Source: a bacterium
GTDB lineage: Bacteria; Patescibacteriota; Dojkabacteria; JAKAPS01; JAJZLI01
Length of the DNA: 64,000 nt
Direction of reading: 5' to 3'
NCBI GenBank assembly: GCA_027371855.1
Contig: DAHXLB010000011.1
Coordinates: 7,459-71,458 of the forward strand
The position numbers and the translations under genes were made by a program. The notes below the pieces were generated by a model. That model was not told the origin of the DNA. It did no database searches and worked only from the letters and a program-made list of their open reading frames with translations. This document shows positions 42,694 through 52,775 of this stretch, one piece after another (position 1 is the stretch's first letter; the number at the start of each line of letters is the position of its first letter).

Positions 42694-42801
42694 TACACAA
42701 TTATTATATCATTTATATATTATAAAGAGGAATGAACCATCTTAAATTATTATATTCTTAAAGTTTGATAAAACCTTTTAAATAAGATAAAATCTCTGTA
42801 C

Positions 42802-44250
42802 ATGGCAACATTTGATGAGTTGAGACAACAAAGATTAGACAAACTTAAACTTTTAAAAGATAAAGGTATAGATCCTTATCCAATAAAATCTAAGAAAGAC
42901 TACACCAACAAAGAAGCTTTGGATAGTTTTTTAAAATTTGAAAATAAATCAATATATCTTACTGGTAGAGTTGTGGGAGTAAGATCTCATGGTAAAATAT
43001 CTTTTTTTGATATTGAAGATGATAGCTCAAAAATACAACTTTTTCTATCTTTAAAAAATACCAATGACTATGATTTATTAGAACTTTTTGATTTAGGTGA
43101 TTATATAGAAGCTAAGGGATTATTGTTTAAAACAACTGCTGGGGAGATAACTTTAAATGTTGAAAAATTTAAAATGCTTGCTAAATCCATACGTCCTCTT
43201 CCTAGTGAATATTATGGATTACAGGATGAAGAAGAAAAGATAAGAAAAAGATATGTTGACCTTATAACTAATAAAGAATTAAAAGAAAAATTAAGATTAA
43301 AATCAAAGTTTTTTCAAGCATGTAGAGATTACCTACTTAAAGAGAATTTTCTTGAAGTAGATACGCCAATCCTTGAACTTATACCAGGTGGTGCCGAAGC
43401 AGAACCTTTCTTAACTCATCACAATTCTCTAAATCAAGATCTATATTTAAGAATAGCCTTGGAACTTTATCTAAAAAGACTTATGGTTGCAGGATTCGAT
43501 AAGGTTTTTGGAATAGGAAAGGTTTTTAGGAATGAAGGTATGAGTATGCAACACCTTCAAGAATTTACTATGATGGAATGTTACTGGGCATATTCAGACT
43601 ATGAGGATATGATGAAATTTATTGAAGGGTTGTATACGTATATGATTAAAGAAACATTTGGAACTCTTACTATTAAATACAAAGATGAAGAGATAGATTT
43701 TACTCCCCCATGGCCTAAAATAAAATACTCTGATTTGATGAAAGAAGTCGGATGTGATCTTTCAGAATATAATACATTAGAAAAACTAAGAAAAAAAGGT
43801 TTGGAAATAGGATTATCTGATGATACTACATCAGATAAAAATAGATGGATAGATAGGATATACAAAAAAATAGCAAGACCGACATTAAAAGGTCCTATAT
43901 TCTTAACAGATCACCCAATAGAAATATCTCTACTTGCAAAATCAAAAAGAGAAAACCCTAGTTTTGTTGATAGATTCCAAGTTTTGATGTTTGGAGCTGA
44001 AGTTGGAAATGCATTCTCTGAACTTAATGATCCCATTGATCAACTAAATAGATTTAAAGAGCAACAGAAGATGCGAGATAATGGAGATAAAGAAGCTCAA
44101 ATGATGGATCTAGATTTTATTGAGGCATTAGAGTATGGTATGCCTCCAGCATCTGGTTTTGGTGTTGGACTTGAAAGATTCTTTATGATTGTTGCAAATT
44201 TATCTAATATAAGAGAAACAGAATTCTTTCCTATCATTAAAAAAGTCTAA
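42802..44250 (+). CDS. lysS: lysine--tRNA ligase (class II)
   Basis: LRIALELYLKRL, FRNEG, ALEYGMPP. Confidence 0.97.
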   Translation: MATFDELRQQRLDKLKLLKDKGIDPYPIKSKKDYTNKEALDSFLKFENKSIYLTGRVVGVRSHGKISFFDIEDDSSKIQLFLSLKNTNDYDLLELFDLGDYIEAKGLLFKTTAGEITLNVEKFKMLAKSIRPLPSEYYGLQDEEEKIRKRYVDLITNKELKEKLRLKSKFFQACRDYLLKENFLEVDTPILELIPGGAEAEPFLTHHNSLNQDLYLRIALELYLKRLMVAGFDKVFGIGKVFRNEGMSMQHLQEFTMMECYWAYSDYEDMMKFIEGLYTYMIKETFGTLTIKYKDEEIDFTPPWPKIKYSDLMKEVGCDLSEYNTLEKLRKKGLEIGLSDDTTSDKNRWIDRIYKKIARPTLKGPIFLTDHPIEISLLAKSKRENPSFVDRFQVLMFGAEVGNAFSELNDPIDQLNRFKEQQKMRDNGDKEAQMMDLDFIEALEYGMPPASGFGVGLERFFMIVANLSNIRETEFFPIIKKV

Positions 44251-44296
44251 ATAAACTCATCGGTAATATTATGATTATGTAACTTGTACACTATAT

Positions 44297-44327
44297 TTGA
44301 CATTTTTATCTAATATATATATTAGAT
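44297..44327 (+). promoter_or_regulatory. promoter with palindromic operator of the TA locus
   Basis: TTGACA at 44297; perfect 20-bp palindrome ATCTAATATATATATTAGAT at 44308-44327 covering the -10 region. Confidence 0.6.
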
Positions 44328-44330
44328 TAT

Positions 44331-44599
44331 ATGAAAACAGAAACTGTTAATTTTAAAACAGACGTCGTAACTAAATTAAAGGCACAAAAAGTTGCCAGAA
44401 AGTTGGGTATTCAGCAATTTACTTAATGCTTATCTGTAAGAGCTCTCTAGTACTGGAAGTGTACATTTTATAACTACCGACAATGACTGAAAAAATGGAA
44501 GAAATTGTTGCACAAGCAGAGATGGAGATAGCTTCTGGGAAAGTGAGTGGACCATTTGGAACACTTGAAAAAATGTTTGAGCATCTTGATTATTTGTAA
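44331..44599 (+). pseudogene. RelB/DinJ-like antitoxin, disrupted
   Basis: MKTETVNFKTDVVTKLKAQKVARKLGI / frameshift / SNLLNAYL*ELSSTGSVHF / frameshift / MTEKMEEIVAQAEMEIASGKVSGPFGTLEKMFEHLDYL*. Confidence 0.75.
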
Positions 44600-44856
44600 T
44601 TGATATTCAAACCACAATAAACTTTGATAAACAATACTCAAGACTAAATATAAAAATCAAAAATCAGTTTTAAAATAAAATCAGAATATTTGAGATGAAT
44701 CCTTTTGACATAACTTTAAGGAACCACGCGCTTAAAGGGAAATATCTGGGATATAGGAGCATTGATATCAGTGGAGATGTAAGAGCACTATATACAGTCA
44801 AAGGTAACGTTATAATCCTATTTGCATTTATTGGTACACATAGCCAACTCTATTAA
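44599..44856 (+). CDS. YafQ/RelE-family mRNA interferase, lacking canonical start
   Basis: IDIQTTINFDKQY...LRNHALKGKYLGYRSIDISGDVRALY...IGTHSQLY*; only ATT/GTA at expected start. Confidence 0.78.
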
Positions 44857-44981
44857 AATAATAGGTATTTAATTTATGTGAATTTTTCGTAATTATGTTC
44901 ACAAATATATTATAACAAGGATCTATATCCAATTCACACGCTACTTTACAATTTTAATATCATTTTCATTGGATAAAACTA

Positions 44982-45014
44982 TGAGTTGACAAAACTCACC
45001 AGTTCTACTAGAAT
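44982..45014 (+). promoter_or_regulatory. sigma70 promoter with overlapping inverted repeat
   Basis: TTGACA(44986)-N17-TAGAAT(45009); TGAGTT-N5-AACTCA overlaps the -35. Confidence 0.7.
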
Positions 45015-45041
45015 CAGTTGATTAGTTTATTATATTAAAAT

Positions 45042-45290
45042 ATGTCACCAGAAATATTCAAAGACTATAACGCAGCACAAGAGATGGGATTTCAAAACCC
45101 AGATGATTCAATTGTAAAAATTCTCCCTGAAAGCCCATTAGAAGAATTAAAGTTAAGATTGAAAGAAAAATGGGGAATATTGATCACCAGTGAAGAAACT
45201 TTACCTTATGCATCAAGAATTACTAGTGAAGCTGATATGGAGATGGTAATTTCTGAAATATTAGATGAAACAGTAAAAAATCTTTACTAA
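45042..45290 (+). CDS. hypothetical acidic protein
   Basis: 82-aa ORF downstream of a near-consensus promoter. Confidence 0.65.
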   Translation: MSPEIFKDYNAAQEMGFQNPDDSIVKILPESPLEELKLRLKEKWGILITSEETLPYASRITSEADMEMVISEILDETVKNLY

Positions 45291-45303
45291 TAAAAATACA
45301 ATT

Positions 45304-45915
45304 TCAATTGTTTATATACTCTACTATATCTTCCCAAGAATAAACTCTTTTTGTATTTTTGATTTTTTTCATATTTTGGTTCCATGGAGCATCGAATATT
45401 AGAGTATCAATACCTTGTGATGATACTTCTATAATATTTTCCTCTGCATCGTCTATAAAAAGATTGATGTCTAAATTTTTACATACCTCTGCTTTTGATA
45501 ATGTTATATCTTCACCATATCCTGTAAAATGTACGTCTTTATAATATCCTTTAAAATGGGTGTCTAAATTTTTTAATGTTCTGTCTTTTAAAAATAATGA
45601 ACGTGCAGTTATTAAATAGATATCATGATCCCTAGATAGTTTATTTAATGCTTTTTTTGATCCTTTAATGGGTTTTAGATTTAAAAACATTTCTGAATTA
45701 TGCCATTCTTTTAACCTTGACTCATATTCTTCTACAGAGTCCCAAACATTATGAAGAGCATATATCTTATTTATAGGTAACTCTTCTTTGTTTGGTGTCT
45801 TGTTCTTGCTATATATAGATTTTAGAGATGATATTTCATCTAATATAACATTATCAATATCGACACCAAGGATCAAGGTCCTTTTTTTAATTTTTCTTTT
45901 ATCATTGATTTTCAC
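45304..45915 (-). CDS. HAD 5'(3')-deoxyribonucleotidase-like (NT5C)
   Basis: DIDNV, ITAR, FIDD, APWN, VYSW. Confidence 0.85.
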   Translation of the reverse strand: MKINDKRKIKKRTLILGVDIDNVILDEISSLKSIYSKNKTPNKEELPINKIYALHNVWDSVEEYESRLKEWHNSEMFLNLKPIKGSKKALNKLSRDHDIYLITARSLFLKDRTLKNLDTHFKGYYKDVHFTGYGEDITLSKAEVCKNLDINLFIDDAEENIIEVSSQGIDTLIFDAPWNQNMKKIKNTKRVYSWEDIVEYINN

Positions 45916-45934
45916 TAAAAGGATTATATATCTA

Positions 45935-47284
45935 TTATAAATTACTTACTAATTGTTGGTACAGGGCAATATATTTTTCAGCAGATCTTCCCCAAGAGAA
46001 GTCTTCATTCATTGCTGTTTGTATCATTTCATCCCATTTAGGAGTATTAAACATAGATAAAGCTTCTTTTAATGTATTGACAAGACTTAAAGGTGAATAA
46101 TCCTCAAATGTAAATCCCGATACTAAACTCTCAACTGAATCTTTTAGTCCCCCTGTTGACCTTACAATAGGTAATGTTCCATATTTCATTGCAATCATTT
46201 GTGTTAGTCCAGAGGGTTCATATCTTGAAGGTATGATTAATGCGTCTGCCCCTGCATATATTTTTTCTGCTAGTGTTATGTCAAAAGTAATATCGGCAAA
46301 TAAAGATGGATTTTTTGTTCCTAAAATTTGCAATTGATTTTCAAAATCTTTGGCTCCGGTCCCAAGTATAATAAAATTAACATTTTTACTCTCTAAAGTC
46401 TCCATAGCTTTTATCAAGATATCAATACCTTTTTGATAATCCAATCTTGATATAAATGCAAAGAGAGGAGTGTCTATATTGAATTTTAAATGTAATTCCT
46501 CAATCAATCTTTTTTTATTTTCTAACTTCCCCATTTTATAATTGGATATATTATATTTAGAATATATCTTATCATCTTTATCTGGGTCATAAATAGAATA
46601 ATCTATACCATTTAATATTCCATATAAACTATTTTTTCTAAGTTCCATAAAATCCTCTATCTCTCCACCATATTCTTTGGTTAATATCTCTCTAGCATAT
46701 GTAGGTGATACAGTTGATACAATATTGGCATTTAATACACCTTGTAATAGAAGGTTGATTTGATTATCTGATTTATCTATCTCTATGGTTGAGTGATATT
46801 TTTGAAGTTTTAAAGCATCTAATATTTCTAATGAGTATCTACCCTGATAGGCTGGACCTAGATTATGAATAGTTAACATTGTTTTTACATTGTTCAATCC
46901 TACATCTTTTAGAAGTATAGGTATTAATGATGTATGGTAGTCATTAATATGAACTATATCTACTCTCCCGAATTTTTGATCCTTTATATCTTGAACTACT
47001 TTTTGTGAAAATATTGCAAACCTTATAGGATCATCTGGATATCCATAAACATTATCTCTTGATGAGAAATATTCTGGGATATCTATATAATTAATTTTAA
47101 CATCTGATCCAGGGATAGTTGTGGGTATTGGTGTAGGAATGATTTTATATTTTGGTATTACAACCTGTATATTAATAAAATCTAATAAACACTTTGGTAG
47201 AGCACCTGCAACATCTGCAAGACCACCAACTTTTATGATTGGTGCAAGTTCTGATGATACAAATAAAATATTAATCCTATCCAT
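45935..47284 (-). CDS. glgA: glycogen/starch synthase (GT5)
   Basis: KVGGLADV, TIHNL, VSPTYA, GILNGID, PSRYEPSGL. Confidence 0.92.
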   Translation of the reverse strand: MDRINILFVSSELAPIIKVGGLADVAGALPKCLLDFINIQVVIPKYKIIPTPIPTTIPGSDVKINYIDIPEYFSSRDNVYGYPDDPIRFAIFSQKVVQDIKDQKFGRVDIVHINDYHTSLIPILLKDVGLNNVKTMLTIHNLGPAYQGRYSLEILDALKLQKYHSTIEIDKSDNQINLLLQGVLNANIVSTVSPTYAREILTKEYGGEIEDFMELRKNSLYGILNGIDYSIYDPDKDDKIYSKYNISNYKMGKLENKKRLIEELHLKFNIDTPLFAFISRLDYQKGIDILIKAMETLESKNVNFIILGTGAKDFENQLQILGTKNPSLFADITFDITLAEKIYAGADALIIPSRYEPSGLTQMIAMKYGTLPIVRSTGGLKDSVESLVSGFTFEDYSPLSLVNTLKEALSMFNTPKWDEMIQTAMNEDFSWGRSAEKYIALYQQLVSNL

Positions 47285-48701
47285 GCTTTTTATTATAACG
47301 TATTATTCCTTTTTGTTTCAAATAAAGATTATTTATTCTTTGCCTAAACTCTTCGGCTCTCTTAAAATTAAGTTTAGTAGCAGAGTCAAGCATCTGTTTT
47401 TCAAGATGTTTTATTATACTATCATATTCTTTAGGGTCAGCATAATATGATTTGGTTTCAATAATTTCTACTGCTTCTTCATCAAAGTTATTAGCCATTG
47501 TATCTATAACTCCATCTCTTTGCCAAGAAAATGAAGTGAATACTATTTCTTTATATAAATCTATTGCCTTCTTTTTATCTTCTTTACTTATATCTGGCAG
47601 TGTGAATATACTTTCTTTAAGTTCATATGCACCCTTCTCAATCATCTCAATGCTCCACCAAGGCCTTGCTGACGCCCACCAATATTGATCAGAATGTAGA
47701 GCTTTATCTAGTATACTTCTTGCTTTATGCCATTGTTTTTCTTTTTCATTCAGTATTCTATTATTTTGAGTTAGATCATTAAATCTATATGTAGAAGCAT
47801 TTATTTTTTCTATTGCAAAATGTGTAAGTTGCCATTGTAGTTGGTTTATTTCATTGTCATGATTTAACCATCTTTGATAGGGTTGATCTTTTAATAATTC
47901 TACTGGTATTAGTGCCCATGTAGACGGAACTATTGATACTGTATCCCCCACTTTAAAAATATCTAATAAATCTTCATACCTTGAGGTTTTTATCTTGTCA
48001 GATTTAAATATGTCCTCCAAAAGTAGTTCAAGTCCTGGTCTATGATGTCCAAATGTTTCTCCATCCATCGCAGTTGCAATGTAAATATTTTTATCAATTA
48101 AATCCTTTATTTCTGCTAAGAATATATTTCCATTTTCAAGTTGAGCAGATAATATTTTAAAACTAATGTCTCTATCTCTGAAAAAACCTACCATATCTGT
48201 TCCTTTGATTCTATATAATATATCATCTCTTATATCACCTTTGTCTTTCTCAAATGCTAGCTCGTCAAATAACATCCATTTATACCCCATTTTTGATACT
48301 ACATCCACAACTTTTTGTGATATTCCAAGCTCAGGAGAAAAAAATCCTTTTGGGTTATACGAAGGTCCATATACTGCTTTATTTATTTTATGGTTTAATT
48401 CTATCTGTCTTATTATTTCCTCTTCTGGAATAAGTGGTAAAAATGCATGGTATGCTGCAGAATCAGTCAATTCGATCTGCCCTCTTTCAAGTAATAATTT
48501 TATATCTGAAATTAGATTATCATATTTATATTTTATAAATAATTCAGTCAAGGATGCATTTATATTTAGTGTTATCTTTCCATTAGGGTTCTCTTTTAGA
48601 GTGTTTAGAATAACGCTATAACTTTCGTCTGCTATAAGGTCAAGCATCTCTTGTGTCTGCGTTGGTGGTTGATATATGTGTAGAAAATTTGCCCAAATCA
48701 T
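47277..48701 (-). CDS. glycoside hydrolase family 57 with C-terminal UVR-like coiled coil
   Basis: HIYQP, SPELG nucleophile, DGETFGHH, ALHSD, LNFKRAEEFR. Confidence 0.85.
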   Translation of the reverse strand: MIWANFLHIYQPPTQTQEMLDLIADESYSVILNTLKENPNGKITLNINASLTELFIKYKYDNLISDIKLLLERGQIELTDSAAYHAFLPLIPEEEIIRQIELNHKINKAVYGPSYNPKGFFSPELGISQKVVDVVSKMGYKWMLFDELAFEKDKGDIRDDILYRIKGTDMVGFFRDRDISFKILSAQLENGNIFLAEIKDLIDKNIYIATAMDGETFGHHRPGLELLLEDIFKSDKIKTSRYEDLLDIFKVGDTVSIVPSTWALIPVELLKDQPYQRWLNHDNEINQLQWQLTHFAIEKINASTYRFNDLTQNNRILNEKEKQWHKARSILDKALHSDQYWWASARPWWSIEMIEKGAYELKESIFTLPDISKEDKKKAIDLYKEIVFTSFSWQRDGVIDTMANNFDEEAVEIIETKSYYADPKEYDSIIKHLEKQMLDSATKLNFKRAEEFRQRINNLYLKQKGIIRYNKKHG

Positions 48702-50086
48702 ATTTTAATTTTTCCTCTTAGATCTACGATTTCTTCAATTCTAGTTTTTAATTTATCTGCTATTTCATATTCCCTATTTTTAGATGCATTATACATCTCA
48801 TTCTCTAATCTTTTTATTGCTGTATCATATCCATGCGGATCATCTTTTGTATTTGATATTTCATTGTTACGCTCATCAATAAAAAATTGTGATGACAATT
48901 CCTTTACCTTTCCTTCTCTCTCCCATGATATTGCTGTTAATATTATATCTTCATAATATGATCTACCATTTTCTTTGTCAGGTTTTTTTGTATCTGGAAC
49001 TAAATCAATTACTACTGAAAGATTATATGCACCTCTTTCAATCATTTCTATATCCCATACAGGTTTTGAAGATGCAAAAAAGAATTGATTGTGATATAAA
49101 GATTGATCTAGTAGGTATCTTGCTTTAAGCCATGTTTTGTTTCTCTCTTGAAGGTATGTATACTCTATATCTACAATATATGGATCTTTAATTTTATATA
49201 TAGAATTATATACTGAATTTAGTGCTAAATTTAAAAGTTTTTGTTGCAATTGATGTATTTTGTTATCTTTACTCATCCATCGTTCAAAAGAATTTTTTTC
49301 GTTATATAAAGGTACAGTCCATGTGCTTTCACGTGGCTCAATATCAACTCTTTTTTTAATATTGCCTATTAGATCTTTAAATAAAATATAATTTAGAGAT
49401 TTTTGGTTATACAAATATTCAAACATTTTGATATATCCTATTCTTTGGTGTCCAAAAGTTTCACCATCTTCTCCGGTATATAAAAATTCACCATTTTTAA
49501 TTTTATTTGTAAAAGAAGATATTAAATCTTCTTTTTTTTCCATCTGGGCTGTAAGAATATAGAAGCTAGATGCTCTATCTCTTATAAAAATATCTAGTCC
49601 TCCATTTCTATATATACATGAATGATCTATTGGTTCTGATATTGCTGTCTCATCAAGCAAGATATATCTATATCCTAAATTTTTGATAACATCAAAAGAT
49701 TTCTTGTCATATGCCATTGCTGTAGGTAGAAAGCCTAAAGGTTCGTAGTTTTTAAAATATATCTGATTGATTTTTCTATTTACCAGTATTTGTCTTTCTA
49801 TCTCCTTTGCTGATAACATGGGAAGAAAAGCTTGGTAAGCTGGTGTGTCAACAAATTCTATTTGTCCTTGTAGCGCCAATTTAGATATTGTATCAAGTAG
49901 ATCAGTGTATCCTAATTTATATAGAGTTTCTGTTAACCCTGCATTTATTGCCAGATTAAGTGTTGCCTTTTTATTATTTTTCAGAGCATTAAATAGAGGT
50001 ATATAACTTTCTTCAATAACCTTCTTTAGAATTTCATCTTTTTGTGTTGGTGGTTGATAAATAAATAAGAGATTAGTCCAGTTCAT
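48698..50086 (-). CDS. GH57-like paralogue, catalytically degenerate, UVR-like tail
   Basis: FIYQP, PTAMA in place of SPELG, DGETFGH, REYEIADKLK; start at MNWTN (50086). Confidence 0.8.
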   Translation of the reverse strand: MNWTNLLFIYQPPTQKDEILKKVIEESYIPLFNALKNNKKATLNLAINAGLTETLYKLGYTDLLDTISKLALQGQIEFVDTPAYQAFLPMLSAKEIERQILVNRKINQIYFKNYEPLGFLPTAMAYDKKSFDVIKNLGYRYILLDETAISEPIDHSCIYRNGGLDIFIRDRASSFYILTAQMEKKEDLISSFTNKIKNGEFLYTGEDGETFGHQRIGYIKMFEYLYNQKSLNYILFKDLIGNIKKRVDIEPRESTWTVPLYNEKNSFERWMSKDNKIHQLQQKLLNLALNSVYNSIYKIKDPYIVDIEYTYLQERNKTWLKARYLLDQSLYHNQFFFASSKPVWDIEMIERGAYNLSVVIDLVPDTKKPDKENGRSYYEDIILTAISWEREGKVKELSSQFFIDERNNEISNTKDDPHGYDTAIKRLENEMYNASKNREYEIADKLKTRIEEIVDLRGKIKI

Positions 50087-50088
50087 GG

Positions 50089-51603
50089 CTAGAATATTTG
50101 ATAATTCATACCTAGTTTGTCTATTGGTCCATTCGTTATATTCATTGCTCTTATATACACATCTATATATTTTCTGGCAGAATTTTCCCAAGAAAAATCT
50201 GTTTTCATTGCAGATTCAACTATTTTCCTCCATAAACCTATGTTATTATACTGGTCTATTGCTCTTATTAATGTTCCATATAAAGAATATGGATTATAAT
50301 TATCAAACAAGAATCCATTACCAGAAATATTTTCCATATTAAAATCTGTAATTGAATCTGACAATCCTCCTATATTTCGTGCTATTGGGATACAACCATA
50401 TCTCATTGATTCCATTTGTGTTATTCCTGATGGCTCAAATCTTGAAGGTATTAATATCATATCTGCACCAGAAAATACTTTTTTAGGTAAAATAAAATCT
50501 GCCATTAGATGGGTACCTACTCTCTTTGGATATGTTTTCTCTAATTTTTGAAAGTATGATATATATCTCCCATCTCCACTTCCTATTATCACAAATTGTA
50601 TATCCTGATATTCCTTAAAAAGAGGTTCTAATACTTCTATTACAAGGTCCAATCCTTTTTGATCATCCAGTCTTGTAACCATAGATAATATAGGGCCATT
50701 GGATTTTTCTAGGTCAAATTCTTTTTGCAAAGCTATTTTATTAATATGTCTTTTTATTGAACTTTTCCAATCATAATTCTCTACAACATTTATATCTGTT
50801 TCAGGGTTCATATATGTATAGTCTATCCCGTTCAAAATACCTACCAGTTTAGTTCTAACCTCTTTTAGAAGATGTTCTAATCCTTCAGAATATTCAGGAG
50901 TTAAAATTTCTTTAGAGTATTTTTCTGAAACTGTTGATACTATATCGGCATACATTATCGCTCTTCTCATAAAATTTTGTTTTTGTAGTGCAGGGTCAAA
51001 TAAATCTGCTATCTCACCCCTACCATTATCAAAGTCTAAATCATTAGTATTCTTATGGTCAAATAATCCTTGATGCACTATATTATGTATACTAAATACA
51101 GTAGATATTTTATTTAACTTTGGATTATCTTTATAATTTATCTTTAATAGGTTTGGTATATGTCCTGTATGCCAATCTGCACAATTTATCACATCTGGAG
51201 TCCAGGTGGATATTTTTAAAAACTCAATTATTGATAGTGATAAAAGTAGAAATCTAATATGATCATCAGAGTATCCATATACATTAGATCTTGTTTCATA
51301 AAACTCTTCATTTTCTATAAAATATACAATAGGTTCTTCATCACTCTCTTGATAAACTTTAATATTGCAAATGATATCTCTTTGTGATTGAGTCGGTATT
51401 TTCAATCCCTCATATAACATTTTAAGTGGGTAACGCACTTCGTCAATATTTCCATATTTAGGCATGATTATTCTTGCATCCACACCTTCTTTCTTTAATG
51501 CTTTTGTAAGAAAATATGATACTTGACCAAGACCTCCAACACCTGCATAAGGGTAAACTTCAGCAGAGGTATATAATAATTTTATATTGTTTCTAATTTT
51601 CAT
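50089..51603 (-). CDS. glgA: glycogen/starch synthase (GT5)
   Basis: GVGGLGQV, DWHTG, SIHN, GILNGID, PSRFEPSG. Confidence 0.92.
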   Translation of the reverse strand: MKIRNNIKLLYTSAEVYPYAGVGGLGQVSYFLTKALKKEGVDARIIMPKYGNIDEVRYPLKMLYEGLKIPTQSQRDIICNIKVYQESDEEPIVYFIENEEFYETRSNVYGYSDDHIRFLLLSLSIIEFLKISTWTPDVINCADWHTGHIPNLLKINYKDNPKLNKISTVFSIHNIVHQGLFDHKNTNDLDFDNGRGEIADLFDPALQKQNFMRRAIMYADIVSTVSEKYSKEILTPEYSEGLEHLLKEVRTKLVGILNGIDYTYMNPETDINVVENYDWKSSIKRHINKIALQKEFDLEKSNGPILSMVTRLDDQKGLDLVIEVLEPLFKEYQDIQFVIIGSGDGRYISYFQKLEKTYPKRVGTHLMADFILPKKVFSGADMILIPSRFEPSGITQMESMRYGCIPIARNIGGLSDSITDFNMENISGNGFLFDNYNPYSLYGTLIRAIDQYNNIGLWRKIVESAMKTDFSWENSARKYIDVYIRAMNITNGPIDKLGMNYQIF

Positions 51604-52687
51604 TAAAGAATTCATTTTCTATTGCCTTTTTAGTATCCTCAGGGAATCTATCTATTACAAACCTACCCATTAATTCTGAATATGCAAGATCAGATTGACG
51701 AGGCATTACCATTATATACATTCCGGAGTTAGTCTTACTATCTGTCCTTTTTCCTAAAAAATCAACGTTAAAACTTCTAACTCCAGCATTGACATCTTCT
51801 CCATCCTTATTTTTAAATTTCATTAAAGAAAGAGCCCTTAATACTTTATACAATATATTTGATAACTCTTCAATGGAATCTTCATCTAATGAAGATAAAT
51901 TTCCTAGCTCTCTATTTTTTGCTTGTATCTGTATTTCATCTTTGAATCTTGGAGAGAAAGGTGTGAATACTATAAAATTATCTGTCTCATATATAACTAG
52001 ATTACTAGACCTTAGAGCCTGATTATATAAATCTATGTAGCCTATACCTTTTTTATAAAATTGATTTATAACATCTTCATATTTATCATATAAAGGGAAG
52101 TAGCTATCTTTATATACTGCACCAATTTGCGCATGTAAATGGGGTTGACTTGCTCCTGCAGAATATTTTTCTTTATCTGTGCCAAAATTTATTCCTGCTG
52201 CGACCTGATTAATGCCATCTTTCAATGTGATTTCTTTAGCTCTCTTTGATAATGCAGAAATAATTCCAAACATATGTTTCCTCTGTATATTTGAAATTGT
52301 ATCTATATGATCTTTCAAAACTATAAGGTCATGGAATCCTGGATTGAATGCAAAAGGATTTGGTGCTTGATAAACCCCCCATTCATTATATTCTACAATG
52401 GGATGAGCCACATCATCAAGATTATCAAATAAACAATAACCCTCTTTAGTATCTTCACTATCTTTTATATCTGGTTGTGGTCTTTTTGATCTGGAGTATG
52501 ATATCAGTGTTGAATGAGATAGAAAAGGATCAATCCTTTCAACTACTTGATCAGATACTACATTACCTTTCAATGTAACCTCTTCCTCAGTTTTTTTTAC
52601 AAATTCTATAAAATATGGAGGTGTTTCAACTACAAGACTTTGTCTATTATTATCTTCTTTATTATTGAAAGGTATTGATTTGATCAT
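51593..52687 (-). CDS. GalT-like HIT-fold nucleotidyltransferase
   Basis: RSKRP, PNPF, AGASQPHLHAQ, PFSPRF, FPED. Confidence 0.8.
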   Translation of the reverse strand: MIKSIPFNNKEDNNRQSLVVETPPYFIEFVKKTEEEVTLKGNVVSDQVVERIDPFLSHSTLISYSRSKRPQPDIKDSEDTKEGYCLFDNLDDVAHPIVEYNEWGVYQAPNPFAFNPGFHDLIVLKDHIDTISNIQRKHMFGIISALSKRAKEITLKDGINQVAAGINFGTDKEKYSAGASQPHLHAQIGAVYKDSYFPLYDKYEDVINQFYKKGIGYIDLYNQALRSSNLVIYETDNFIVFTPFSPRFKDEIQIQAKNRELGNLSSLDEDSIEELSNILYKVLRALSLMKFKNKDGEDVNAGVRSFNVDFLGKRTDSKTNSGMYIMVMPRQSDLAYSELMGRFVIDRFPEDTKKAIENEFFNEN

Positions 52688-52775
52688 ATAGTTAATATGT
52701 TATTGATCTTCATACTTGCAGGATTAATATAACAGATTTACAATTATTGTACAACAATAATTTAATGTAATATTA

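Noticed and set aside
44877..44903. TGTGAA...TTCACA CRP-like inverted repeat
   Set aside because: Spacing of 15 nt does not fit CRP (6 nt); short arms are plausible by chance
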